Positions 38,735 through 50,203 of a stretch of DNA of 58,300 bases are shown in pieces. Both the position numbers and the translations under genes were made by a program. The stretch's first letter is position 1. Every line of letters starts with the position of its first letter. The notes below the pieces were generated by a model. It saw nothing but the letters and a program-made list of their open reading frames with translations. It was not told where the DNA came from and did not search any database. Source of the stretch: Psammoneis japonica. Its lineage: Eukaryota. Location: NCBI GenBank assembly GCA_008632985.1, contig QPGO01000084.1, forward strand, positions 310,001 to 368,300. Direction: 5' to 3'.

Positions 38735-40317
38735 CTATCGTGTGATGTACGAGAACACGGAAGAACGTCTGATATTCCTCGTGTAAATCTCCGATAGCCA
38801 AATGCGCTCTAGTAGCAGTACTTGATTCATGGCAACTAGAGTAGACTCTTTGGTCGACTAATAGAAATACTTCGTACGCAAGCTTTACACAATATCTGTT
38901 CAGGACAGTAATACAACCACTACACGGTTAAACCTCGGCCCTACTAAATTATCACTAGACGCAACGGAATGCGTGACAGCATTGGAGCCGCTGTCCATGA
39001 CGTCCGATTCCGTTCATGCACAACTCAGCAACAAGTCTTTTTTGCTGTCTTTGTCTCCAGCAAGTGCAGCTTGTGGTCAATTCCCAAGAACCAGAGATGC
39101 TTTGTTGACTCCCAGCAGCAGATGGCAAGCAATTGCCTTGCTTCCAGTGTGGCTGTTCCATGCCCTTTTTGTGATCATGTCAAGCCAAAATTGCTTGTGT
39201 TTTCCACTCCTGCCTGTGCTGTCACATTGATGATTGGGTGAGTTCACACATGCATCAATCTGAACACAGATGAAAAAACAACTGGTTTTAAATTCTGCTG
39301 CACCTTTGCCCAGCATTGCCAGCACCGGCTGACCCACCACACTTCCAGTGCAGCACCAAGTGTGTGCCAGAAAAAAAGAGCTAGCCAGGAGATGGCACCC
39401 AATGAGTGCAGCTGGCAATGGTGCAGGCACCCCAAAGCATGAGCACTTTGTTGCCAATTTTGGGCTCTCACTCAATCGTGGACAAAGTGCTGCAACCCAG
39501 TTCCTGATTTGGGTTGTTGAGTGTGTCTTGCTGCACTCCTCTGCCTGATCCACAATGAGCACCAGCTGGTCTTTGGCCAGGCACTCCTGGCATTTGTTGC
39601 GTGTGGGCTGGCCCTGAAATCTGCCTCAGCCAGTTCTTGTTTTCTGACTGGAACTGTCTCAGCAAGGCCAAGTCACACAACAGTTGAGCCAAGCATTGCG
39701 GGGTGACAAACTGTTGCCAGCCAACCTCAGTGTGCACATCTCAAAGGGCTCAATCATGACACTCTGCCTCAGCATCCAAAAAGCTTCAACGGCCCTCTCT
39801 TTGAGACAAGTGAGTGCCCCAACATTCTAACATCCAAGTCACCAAGACATCGTTGAGGATCCAGAACAGCAGCACATCTGTGCTCAACATTTGCTCAGGT
39901 CTGACAAGGCCAGCCATCTCTGGAAAGACAAAAGATGTCACAGACTTGACTTGTCATTGCAGCTCCACTCCAGATCATGTGGCAGCAGCTGTTCAAGCTC
40001 AAGCCCAGCTGCTTGGTCTGTTGCACCAAAAAGGCAGGGTTCCAAGGCAGCTTTCACACTTTTTGCTTGCAAAGCACTGTCATGCATGGTGAGCCTGTCT
40101 GAAGGTGCCTGTTGCTTCAGCATCAGATTGCTTGCATGTTCCTGGGACATTGAATTGACAAATTTTCCTCAAAGTTCAGTCAACACCTGTGATCTGCTGG
40201 GAGTTTTGACCACTCACCAAAACACCCCACCAACCAATTTGCTGCTGCCTTTCACCCAAGCTGCTCTGTGTTCCTGAGAACATGAGCTGTGCACTAAAAT
40301 GTGTTCATTGTGCAGCT

Positions 40318-40715
40318 GACGCGTTCCAGCCCTAGAGGTGGGAGCTCGTAGCACTGACGTGTGACAACAATAATTTTTGTCATCCGTCGTATGTTTCGTA
40401 CGTAGCTTTCTACGTGTGATATTTAAAAAATATTGTCCAGACTCGCTGTTTTGCGAAGCCCCAGACGTTTTATATAACAAATTTATAGAAACAATAATAC
40501 GCCAGTTACATTCTTCAATGTCTGAAGAATGTAACTGGCTAAGTAAAAAATGATGTACTTCAATCATGTGCGAGTTTGTGCGTTCGCAAAATTGCCTCAT
40601 TTTCTGTTGGCGATCATTGACATTTTAATTACCGTATAATTTTACTACGGAGCGCGCACGTAGAAGTCTACGGGCCCAATGTCACACGGATTCCCACCTA
40701 CGTCTGGAACGCGTC
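40318..40715 (+). mobile_element. MITE copy A (398 bp)
   Basis: TIRs GACGCGTTCCAG / CTGGAACGCGTC, 4-bp TSD AGCT; near-identical to 55329-55725. Confidence 0.92.
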
Positions 40716-40881
40716 AGCTCCACAAAATCAGCAATGCAGTGACAAGCACAGCAGATTGTCTTGAAAATTGTGTGCTCACAGTGTGCCTCATGCACTCTGT
40801 TCATTGGATGGCCATGCCTTCCTCACAGCATCAGATTGTGGCTCACCCTCCACAAAGAGACAACTCACTCTCTGAGCCACT

Positions 40882-41260
40882 TGCAATGTGCGTTGTCATG
40901 CACGCATTGCATGTGTGTGTCTGTGTGTTGAACAAAAGTGTGCTTCAATCGCACGTCAATCGTGGGTTCGTACGAAGTGCAGATCAGTCACACAGAAGTG
41001 ATTGGATGTCGAGAATCGCAAATGCGATCGTGCGATGATGTTGACATCTTGTGTGTCAATGTCAATCACATCCGGACAATCTGTCGTCACGATCACATTC
41101 TCCGAAAGGCCTTTTGTCTGCAGGAGCAGCACAAAAGGTTTGGGCCATTGAGAACCCGTTCGGAGAAACCCAAAATGATTGCGCAGAAACAGGTCTCATA
41201 ATTTTCACTTTTTGAACTTCATTCTACTTTCGTTTGCACTCGTTCTTCGAGCACAGTGCA
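40882..41260 (+). repeat. 5' LTR of gypsy 2
   Basis: Aligns to 45650-46000 with a 28-bp indel and many TG/CA swaps. Confidence 0.92.
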
Positions 41261-41269
41261 TTGTGTGTG

Positions 41270-42422
41270 CACACCACAGAAGGTGACAAGTTCAAGGTGA
41301 AGCTTTCACCTCATGCAACCAACGCCAAAACTTCCTTGAGGCAGGAGAAAATCGTCCCTCAACCGCTGGAATCGAACTCCGAGCCGAAGAGCCTCAAACC
41401 AAGCCAGCACCTCAAGACAGAGCAACGTTTTCATCCCGAGAAGAAGGACAGCCGCACCTGCACCATCAATGTTGAGTGCCACAAGAAACAAGGTGTCCCC
41501 AAGTTCATCGAATTTCTCAAGAGCTACGATCAACTTCCAGTGGGCCAGAACATCAGAAAGCAATCTGACAAATTTTGTCTCATGCGCATGTTGCTCCAAG
41601 GAGACGCCCTGCGTGCTTTCGAGAATGCGGCAGCGAACCTTGAAGACGAATCTGCGGAAGGAAGCTTCGAGAAATGCCCACAACATCTCACGAGGCATGT
41701 GTTTCCCAAGAACGCACTTTCGGTGCAGAAACGTTGTTTGCGTCGTGATCTCAAGAAGCCGGAGTCCATGAAAGTGCGCGAAATTGCTGCTTGGGTCCAG
41801 GAAGTCAACGAAGACCTCAAGTTCTGTCCTCCCTTTGGGAAGGAACAGAAGATCGAGGACGACGAGCTCAAGGACATCCTCTTCAACCTTGCACCTCGAA
41901 AGTGGCAGCGTCAGTCGACCATCCAGGGTTTCGAAATTTTGAAGCATGCCCATGACGAGTTGGTTGAGTTCTTGGAGCACCTGGAGGTCGCAGAAGACAT
42001 GTTTGATGGCATTCATGCCAAGGCTGATGGCAGTGGCGGCACTGCATCAAAAGCCAAGAGTGGTTCCCAACGTGGTTCCAAAAATGGTCACCAACATGGT
42101 GCCGAAAAATCTCAGTCCGAGAAGTGGTGCATTTCATGCGAGAAATCCACTCATGACACGGACAAGTGCTGGTCGATCAAAAGACTTGCGAAAGAAACGG
42201 CGCCGTTCAAATGGCAATCGCACGTGGTCTCGTCGCGACAACGACAACGCCGCTCGCAAAGAAGAGTTGAATGCCATGGCGATCCAAGCAGTTCAAAAAA
42301 TGCTCAAAGCGAGTTCTTCGAACAATGACAAAAAACACAAGAGCAAAGATTGTGATTCTGACACCCTTGACGAGGAAAATTGTCAGTTTGAAAAAATGAC
42401 GCGCAGTGATTCCGAGGAATGA
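41270..42422 (+). pseudogene. gag: gypsy 2 Gag, one frameshift near 42200
   Basis: RMLLQGDALRAF...HVFPKNALSVQKRCLRRDLKKP; knuckle WCISCEKSTHDTDKC; start not defined. Confidence 0.8.
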
Positions 42423-45400
42423 CTTGCACCGCAAGAGGAGTCTTGTGCTCTGCTGGATGTTGGGAAGCCCAGAAAAAGGGCCAAAGCAATTCACACCAGT
42501 CCAGCAGTCGTCGCCTGCATGAATGCTTCATTGGGTGAGGCGAAAAACAAGCCTCTGCGCGTTCTCCTCGACAGCGGAACATCGTCAACCACAATTTTGC
42601 GCAAATTCACGCGGAAACTCAGAACACAAGCATCCGCCACCAAACTCTGGGAAACCAAAGGAGGGCTCTTCACGACTGATGGTCGATGTAAGATCCAATT
42701 CTCCTCACCCGAATTTGACAAACACAAGATGATTGAAACAACGGCACATGTTGATGACTCCCCTTCTTCTTCGAGTCGTCATGATGTGATCATGGGACGC
42801 GACTTAATGTCAAGTCTTGGGATGACATTGGACTTCTCGAATGAAGAAATTAAGTGGGAAGATGCAACTGCTCCTGTGAAGAATGTTGGCACACTCTTCG
42901 ATGCCGATGTTTTTAAGTTGATTGCCGATCACATTGAGGAATCTCATGCAGTGATCAGTCTTAATGACAGGGTCAATCGGATCCTTGACTCAGACTGTCA
43001 CGCTGCAAACCTCAACAATGTGACCGCAGCAGCCACTCATCTAACTCCTGAAGAGCAGAAGCAGTTGAACTTCCTCTTAAAAAGATTTGAAAACCTTTTC
43101 AATGGTTCTCTGGGCAAATGGACCGGGAAACCGGTGGATTTAAAGTTGAAATCGGGCGTGAGTCCGTGTTATGCCAAACCATTTCCCGTGCCACAAGCCT
43201 TGGAGGCGACCACTCGCAAGGAGGTTGAAAGACTGTGCAAGTTGAAAGTCTCAAGAAAAACAAACTGTTCTGAATGGGCGGCTCCAACCTTCATTCAACC
43301 CAAGAAAAATGGCAGAGTTCGGTTCTTGTCCGACTTTCGAGAGCCAAACAAGAGGTTAATTCGCACTCCGTTTCCTCCACCCAACATTCAGGACATGCTG
43401 CAGAAGCTTGAAGGCTTCATGCATGCAACGTCCCTGGATTTAAACATGGGACACTGTCATGTCGAATTGACGCCGCGTGCACGTCGCTTGTGCACGATCG
43501 TCATGCCTTGGGGCAAATGTGAGTGCTGTAGACTCCCGATGGGAATCTGTGGAGCTCCAGATATTTTCCAAGAGCACATGAGTGAGCTCATGGCAGGTCT
43601 GGAGTTCGTCAGAACTCGCATTGACGACATGTTGTGTCTTGCAAAAAGTGATTTTCAAGACCACCTCAAGAAGCTTGAAACGGTGTTCTTACGCCTAGAA
43701 CAAGCCGGATTGAAGGTCAACGCCGAGAAGTCCTTTTTCACTAAACCCGAAGCAGACTATCTAGGCTTTCACATCACCCGCAAGGGCATCAGTCCGATTC
43801 CAAAAAAAATGGAAGCGATTCACGCGATCGCAACTCCCAAAACTCGCAAGGAATTGCGACGCTTTATCGGCATGATCAACTACTGTCGAGACATGTGGCC
43901 TCGACGATCTCATGTTTTAGCTCCTTTAGCCAAACTCACTTCTACCCAAGTAAAGTGGCAATGGACCGAAACAGAACAAAAAGCCTTCGAAAATATGAAG
44001 CGCATCATCTCCAAAGATATACTATTATCATACCCGAATTTTAATATACCCTTTGAGATATATACCGATGCTAGTAAATCTCAATTGGGGGCGGTTATTA
44101 CTCAGAAAAACCGACCAATTGCCTTCTACAGCCGCAAGCTGAATGGAGCGCAGACGCGTTATACTACAACGGAAAAAGAGCTATTGTCCATAGTGGAGAC
44201 GTTAAAAGAGTTCCGAAATATACTGTTTGGCCAACAGATAAATATATATACGGATCACAAAAATCTCACACACAAAAATTTCACAACGGACAGAGTCATG
44301 CGTTGGCGTCTAATAATAGAAGAATACAGTCCCGAAATAATATACCTTGAGGGCAAGGCAAATATTGTCGCAGACGCGATTAGCCGACTTACTATGAAGA
44401 AAATAGAACCTATGGAAACCCTCAGCACAGAAGAGCTAGCTGAAAAGGTCCTACCAAAATCCTACGACAATGTCTTTCCGTTAAATTACAAAGTTCTTGA
44501 TTATGAACAAAAACGGGATAAAGACATTCTCTCCCAATTGTCAAATAAGACGTTTCATACGAAGACTTTTCGTGGAGGCGAGCGAGACCGGTTGCTCATA
44601 TGTCATAAGGATAAAATTGTCGTCCCGAGGACGTTACAAAAGGCAGTGATAGATTGGTGTCATACATACCTTCTTCACCCTGGCATAAATCGAACAGAAG
44701 AAACAATCTCACAACACCTATGGTGGTCCACCTTACGTGAAGACATACGAAAATACGTGTCGAGATGTGAGACGTGCCAAAAATTCAAAAAGAAACACAA
44801 GAAATATGGACATTCACCTCCTGGGTGCGCAGAATCCGTGCCATGGGAACGACTGTGTGTGGACCTCATTGGGCCATACAAAATGCGTCGTAAGGGAAAG
44901 AAAAAACCCCCAGTCCTGAAATGTTTGACTGTGATCGATCCAGCAACCGGATGGTTTGAAGTTGTGGAAATCCCAAACAAGGAGTCCACAACTGTGGCTG
45001 GACCATTAGAACGAACATGGCCAAGCAGATGTCCTTGGCCATCGTTTGTCACATGTGACCGTGGAAGTGAGTTCATCGGACACCAATTTAGAGAAATGGT
45101 GCAAGATGATTGTGGCATTAAAGTCAAGCCTGTGACCACACGAAATCCACAAGCAAACGCAATTGTTGAACGCGTGCATCAAGCGCTGGGGAACATGCTC
45201 CGCACACTTGATTTGCAACATGCATCTCTAGATGCTGAGGATCCTTTCGCTGGAATGCCATCAGCAGCAGCCTTTGCGGCACGTTCTGCGCATCACACCA
45301 CTGCGCAAGCTGCACCAGGACAACTGGTCTTCAATGGAGACATGACATTTGACGTCCAACATGTCGCGGACTGGAAATCAATCCAGCAGCGAAAACAAGA

Positions 45401-45623
45401 AATCACAAATAAAAACAACGCTCGAGAGAATGCTCGACGCACTCCTCACACGCGCAGAGTGGGAGAAAAGACACCACTCGAGAAAGACTCGCAAAAATCA
45501 GAACAGCCCCATGTTGGACCGCATGTGACAACAACGGCACACACTGATCGCACAGTGCAGATCAAACGCGGCAATGTTGTTGACACTGTCAATGTTCGTC
45601 GAACAATGCCGTTTAACGACTGA
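42423..45623 (+). pseudogene. pol: gypsy 2 Pol (protease, RT, RNase H, integrase)
   Basis: VLLDSGTS; SLDLNMGHCH, RLPMG, TRIDD; YTDASKSQLG, EKELLSIVE; LLHPG...CETC, CVDLIGP, CDRGSEF, NPQANAIVER. Confidence 0.95.
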
Positions 45624-45649
45624 CTCCAATGTGCAATTGGGGAGGCGAG

Positions 45650-46000
45650 TGCAACATGCGTTGTCATGTGCGCACCATGTGTGCATGTCCACATGTTAAA
45701 CAAAAGCATGTTTCAATCGCACGTCAATCGTGGGTTCGCACAAAGCACAGATCAGTCACACAGAAGTGATTGGATGTCGAGAATCGCAAACGCGATCGCA
45801 TGATGATGTTGACGGACAATCTGTCGTCACGATCATGTTCTCCGAAAGGCCTTTTGTCTGCAGGAGCAGCACAAAAGGTTTGGGCCATTGAGAACCCGTT
45901 CGGAGAAACCCAAAATGATTGCGCAGAAACAATTCTCACAATTTTCACTTTTTGAACTTCATTCTACTTTCGTTTGCACTCGTTCTTCGAGCACAGTGCA
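45650..46000 (+). repeat. 3' LTR of gypsy 2
   Basis: Follows the PPT; ends in cagtgca and is followed by TSD CACT. Confidence 0.92.
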
Positions 46001-47629
46001 CACTCACTCCAAAGCTTCCCAATCAGAAAAGTGGCTTGCTTTGTTGTGTTGGAACTGTGGCTGCAAGCATCGTTCTAAAAATGTCTGAGGCTGAAAGCAT
46101 CAGTGTCAAAATGTCTTTGAGACGCACTTTCATTCCTTTTCTGTGAGAAAGGCAAAAAAGCCTCTGAAAGATTTTCTCGTCCACAAAGCAAAAATTAAAA
46201 CATCTTCTTGTTTCTCTCCCCCCCCCCCCTTCCCCTGCAATCTTTCCACATGTTGCATCTGCTGACCCATCATGCTGTCCCTGGGCAGCTGCAAAATGCC
46301 ACATCACAAGCAATGGAAAGATCAGCAAATGAAATCTGTGCATTGCTGTCAGAACTCTGTTTTCACATCATGGCCATGTTTGCACCTCAAATGTTGGCAA
46401 CAAGAATGGAGCAAGTTGACGCCCTTGCATTGCATTGCCAGTGGGTAGAAGAGGAGAACACTTGCACCAAACAGAGCCTGAGCCCCAAGAAGCAAAGCTG
46501 CCAACAACTGCAGTTCTCTGCACAGAGTCAGTTGGGCTGTCTGGTGCAAATGAATCACTCAAATTCTGAGAATGATCGTTGAGGGCATTGGAGTTCACAT
46601 GGGAACTGGCACATGGAACTGTTTTTCAGAAGAGCTCAAAACTGCTGAAAATTGGGATTGCTGATGGCGGCATCTTTGAACATTCACCCAGCTTTGCACA
46701 AAGACAATTTGTTGTGAATTGCACATAAAGCACTCACACTGGAAAAGAAATGTTGAACAATGAGTGAGTTTGTGCAGCGCACTTTTTGGCAGCAAACCAG
46801 ACAAAAAAGAGTGTTCGCGAACCTTGCTGCAGCCACAAAAATGGCATGAGCCATCAAACACAATGTGGTTGTCTGCATCACTGGTGGCCCCACCACCCCA
46901 CACACTGCTGGCTGCCACAATGCAGAATTGCCATGCCGCCCCAGCCACAGGGCCCTGTGCACGCATGCGCTGTTTGACAGCAACAACCAAAGCAGGCGCT
47001 GTGGTGCAACAGCACACACCCACACCAACAAAGAAAGACAAGTGGCCAATGCTCCCTGCAGGCCTGGTTAAATCTCGAACTCCATTCTCGCGTCCATTCT
47101 TCGCAGGATGCAAATGGTTTGTTGTGTCCGTTTCTCTTCTGGCTGGAGCTTTTGACTGCTTCGCCACATTGCCTTGAGCATGGAGTCCATCCGCTGGCTC
47201 ACATTGGGGGTTCACCGCCTTCATGGCCCACTTGCAAACTTCATCATCTCTTTGATTTTGAAAATTTCATTTCGTTGTTGCACACAAATTTTGATGTCAT
47301 GATTGGCACCTGGATTGCCTCTGTTGGCGACACTGCTGTCCGTTGGAAATTGGCTCATTTTGGCGTGCCGGCACAGCCTTTCTTTGATTTTGAAACTTTT
47401 GTCTGATTGTTGTGTTCAATGTTTCAATGTTCTGATTGGCACTTGGATCACCTCTGTTGGTGATGCCACCATCCGTTGGAAATCAGCTCATTTCAGCACG
47501 CGTGCCCATTGTTTGGGGCATGCCATCCGCCCGCTGGGATGTCGGTCTGCCACCTTGCATGTGCTGTGCAGCAGGCTAATTTCACTTCCGCACTGCATTG
47601 TTTCACTTGAGTGTCGGGGCAATTTGCAC

Positions 47630-48018
47630 GACGCGTTCCAGGTCTAGGTGGGACCTCGCACTACTGAACTGTGACATCGATAGTTTTTTGAATCTCGTCG
47701 TATGTCGCGCACGTAGAATTCTACGTGATTTTTTGATATTTTGTGTCATTTTACGGTACACTTATTGAGCGATCCGTCCAAAAACTTTTGACATTTTTTG
47801 TTACAGCGCGATTCTATAATGTCTTAAGAATCGCGTAGGGCAGGTGCATTTGCAAAAACGTCGAGTGGTAAGAGGCATAATTGCACCACAAACTTGGCCG
47901 TTTATTTGATGTTGAAGATAAATATATCCATTAATTAAATTCTTGTACTACGGAGCTCGCACGTAGAATTCTACGGGCCAAATGTCACACGGAGTCCCAC
48001 CTAGGGCTGGAACGCGTC
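47630..48018 (+). mobile_element. MITE copy C (389 bp; same ends, different interior)
   Basis: Same 12-bp TIRs, TSD GCAC, subterminal palindrome CACGTAGAATTCTACGTG at 47710-47727. Confidence 0.9.
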
Positions 48019-48316
48019 GCACTGTCCTCAATGTGCAGAAACCTTCAAAACCCGCCCGACGATTGGATGGGTTCACTGATGTCATGGACATTCATGAGGA
48101 TGCACACATCATCACGACCCAATCCGAGTTGCTCAACTGCTCATGACTTTGCGGCAGCAGCATGGGCACGGCCCACCATCTCTTGCAGCTGGGAGTTCCA
48201 GTTCCGGCTTCAATTCTGTTTTTTTCTTTTTTTCTTTTTTTCTGGCTGGCGCTGCTGCCTCCGATGACATGGGCACGCACACTGCACTTTGTGCAGTGTG
48301 TCGGCAGCCAAGATGG

Positions 48317-48541
48317 TCTGTCCACACAGTGTGGGGGAACAAAATGGACGGAATTAGATCTGCAGATTTGTTCCCTGTTTTCCAGCTGCTGTCTCAGCAG
48401 CACCACACACGAACATGTGTGCTCGTGTGTGTTTCCACACATTGGATGTGTTCGTGCATTGATTGTTGCATCCATTCGGCAGCTTGCACTGTGTCATGTC
48501 ATCGGGGTTGCAGCCAAGCTGAGGTGGTGGCAGGGAATCTG
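48317..48541 (+). repeat. TA-mutated duplicate of 49859-50085
   Basis: Collinear ~225-bp direct repeat; 16 of the 17 TAs of the other copy appear here as TG or CA. Confidence 0.95.
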
Positions 48542-48767
48542 GAAGTCGCAGCAAAAGCACGGAAAGTGCATTGAGTGTCGCACTGGGCACGCTTGCACTT
48601 CTCAGCGTAGAATCTACAATGGGGTCACGTGAACAGGACATCTGAATCCACATGTTGCCCTCTCACTTTCAGTTGAAAAAATGCTTGCTGCCCAGTCAAT
48701 TCAAACACATTAAATTGCTGGGTGCAACGATTGTTCAATGCAGCCACAATTCAACGGAAGGCAGTCA

Positions 48768-49590
48768 CATCGTGGAAAGCATTCCACGACTCAATTCTGT
48801 CGTGGAAAGTCTTTGCTTTCTGCGATGCTGTCGTGGAAAGTCATTGAATGTCGTGGAAAATCATTGGTGACTGCTCATCATGGAAAGTCATTTGTCAAAT
48901 GTTGATGACTGGAAACATCGTGGTTTGACGTCACACACTCTAAATGTCAAAGAGGGGTGAGCCACATTCCATCCAACTGGTGTTGCGCAATCACGCACAC
49001 GGCCTCGAAGCATCGTCGATGCTTCTTGATGCCATGGCAAAACGTCTCCGAAAGGCATGCGAAGTTCTTGATGCGTGCATCAAGGCCTCCTGACGAGACC
49101 GAGCCCGGCTCTTGAACTGGTTGTTCCAAAATCATGTTGGAAAATGGCAAGATTTACAGGCATCAAGGCGTTGCGATGAGATCAAAATTTTGTCATATGA
49201 CCCCATTTTACGTACAGGCATTTACACAAGCCTCGAAAGGTGGAAAGTCATCGTGGAAAGTCACATGACTTTCCACGTTACAATCGTGGAAAGTCTTCAC
49301 TTTCCACGATAGCATCGTGGAAAGGCTATTCCACGATGTACCGGTAATTCTATTCTATCGTGGAAAGTCATTGATCAAAAACGGTCATAATGACCCTCTT
49401 TTAATGAACACTTTATCACTATATATAAAACATTATCACTCAACGGTTGCAACCAAAATTACTTAGGTTGTAAGGGCAATATAAAAAGGGAAATATAAGT
49501 TATTAATAACATATTAATAATTTGATATTTTCATATATATGAATATTATTATAATAAAGTGGAAAGTATCCGCGACAGACTTTCCACGCT
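48768..49590. repeat. Array of TCGTGGAAAG / CTTTCCACGA motifs in both orientations
   Basis: Roughly 15 full or partial copies in clusters at 48770-48890, 49240-49370 and 49559-49590. Confidence 0.85.
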
Positions 49591-50203
49591 TTTGCGGCGA
49601 CTTCCTGCGATTCTCGGAGCCAAAACGGTAGGCCCAGCACAAGGAGAGGATATCTCTTGGGTGGCCGTGCTCTTGGAGGAGTCACCGCGCGATAGTAGCG
49701 CGCAGTAGAAGGCAGACAGGCAGACAGACAGACGGACGACGACGAGAGGCCGCCCCAGTTTCCCTCATTGTGTTTGGCGGACTGCCGGTGACGATGGGAT
49801 CAGTTGCGTCGACCCGATATGGGCCGACAACGCTGAAAATTCCCACCCAGCCCAGCCCTCTGTTCACACAGTGTGGGGGAACAAAATGGACGGAATTAGA
49901 TCCGTAGATTTGTTCCCTGTTTTCTAGCTACTATCTCAGCAGCACCACACGAATATATATGCTCGTATATGTTTGAATAGATTAGATATATTCGTGTATT
50001 GATTGTTGCGTCCATTCGGTAGCTTGCACTGTGTCATGTCATCGGGGTTGTAGCCGGCCAAGCCGAGGCGGTGGCAGGGAATCTGCGATTCACTGCGATT
50101 CACACTCAACAAGCAAGAAGTGCCTCCCAATATTCTCTCCTGTGGTAGTCTATCATACAAAGTACGAACGTCCCGAGTTTTCGGTAACATAAAGGACGAC
50201 TCC

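Larger units (their letters stand above)
40882..46000 (+). mobile_element. Full-length Ty3/gypsy LTR retrotransposon 2 (5.1 kb), inactivated
   Basis: LTRs at 40882-41260 and 45650-46000 (TG...CA), TSD CACT, PPT ggggaggcgag before the 3' LTR, gag then PR-RT-RH-INT. Confidence 0.95.
38965..49150. other. TpA-depleted hypermutated repeat domain 2, with unmutated islands
   Basis: TA is nearly absent except in the MITEs and in ~43750-44900; boundaries approximate. Confidence 0.9.

Noticed and set aside
40882..46000. ADAR-type RNA editing or RT error as the cause
   Set aside because: Both A>G and T>C occur on the same strand, the two LTRs differ, and an intron-containing fragment is affected
48768..49370. 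CRISPR-like array
   Set aside because: Repeats are only ~10 bp, irregularly spaced and in both orientations, in a eukaryotic context with no cas genes
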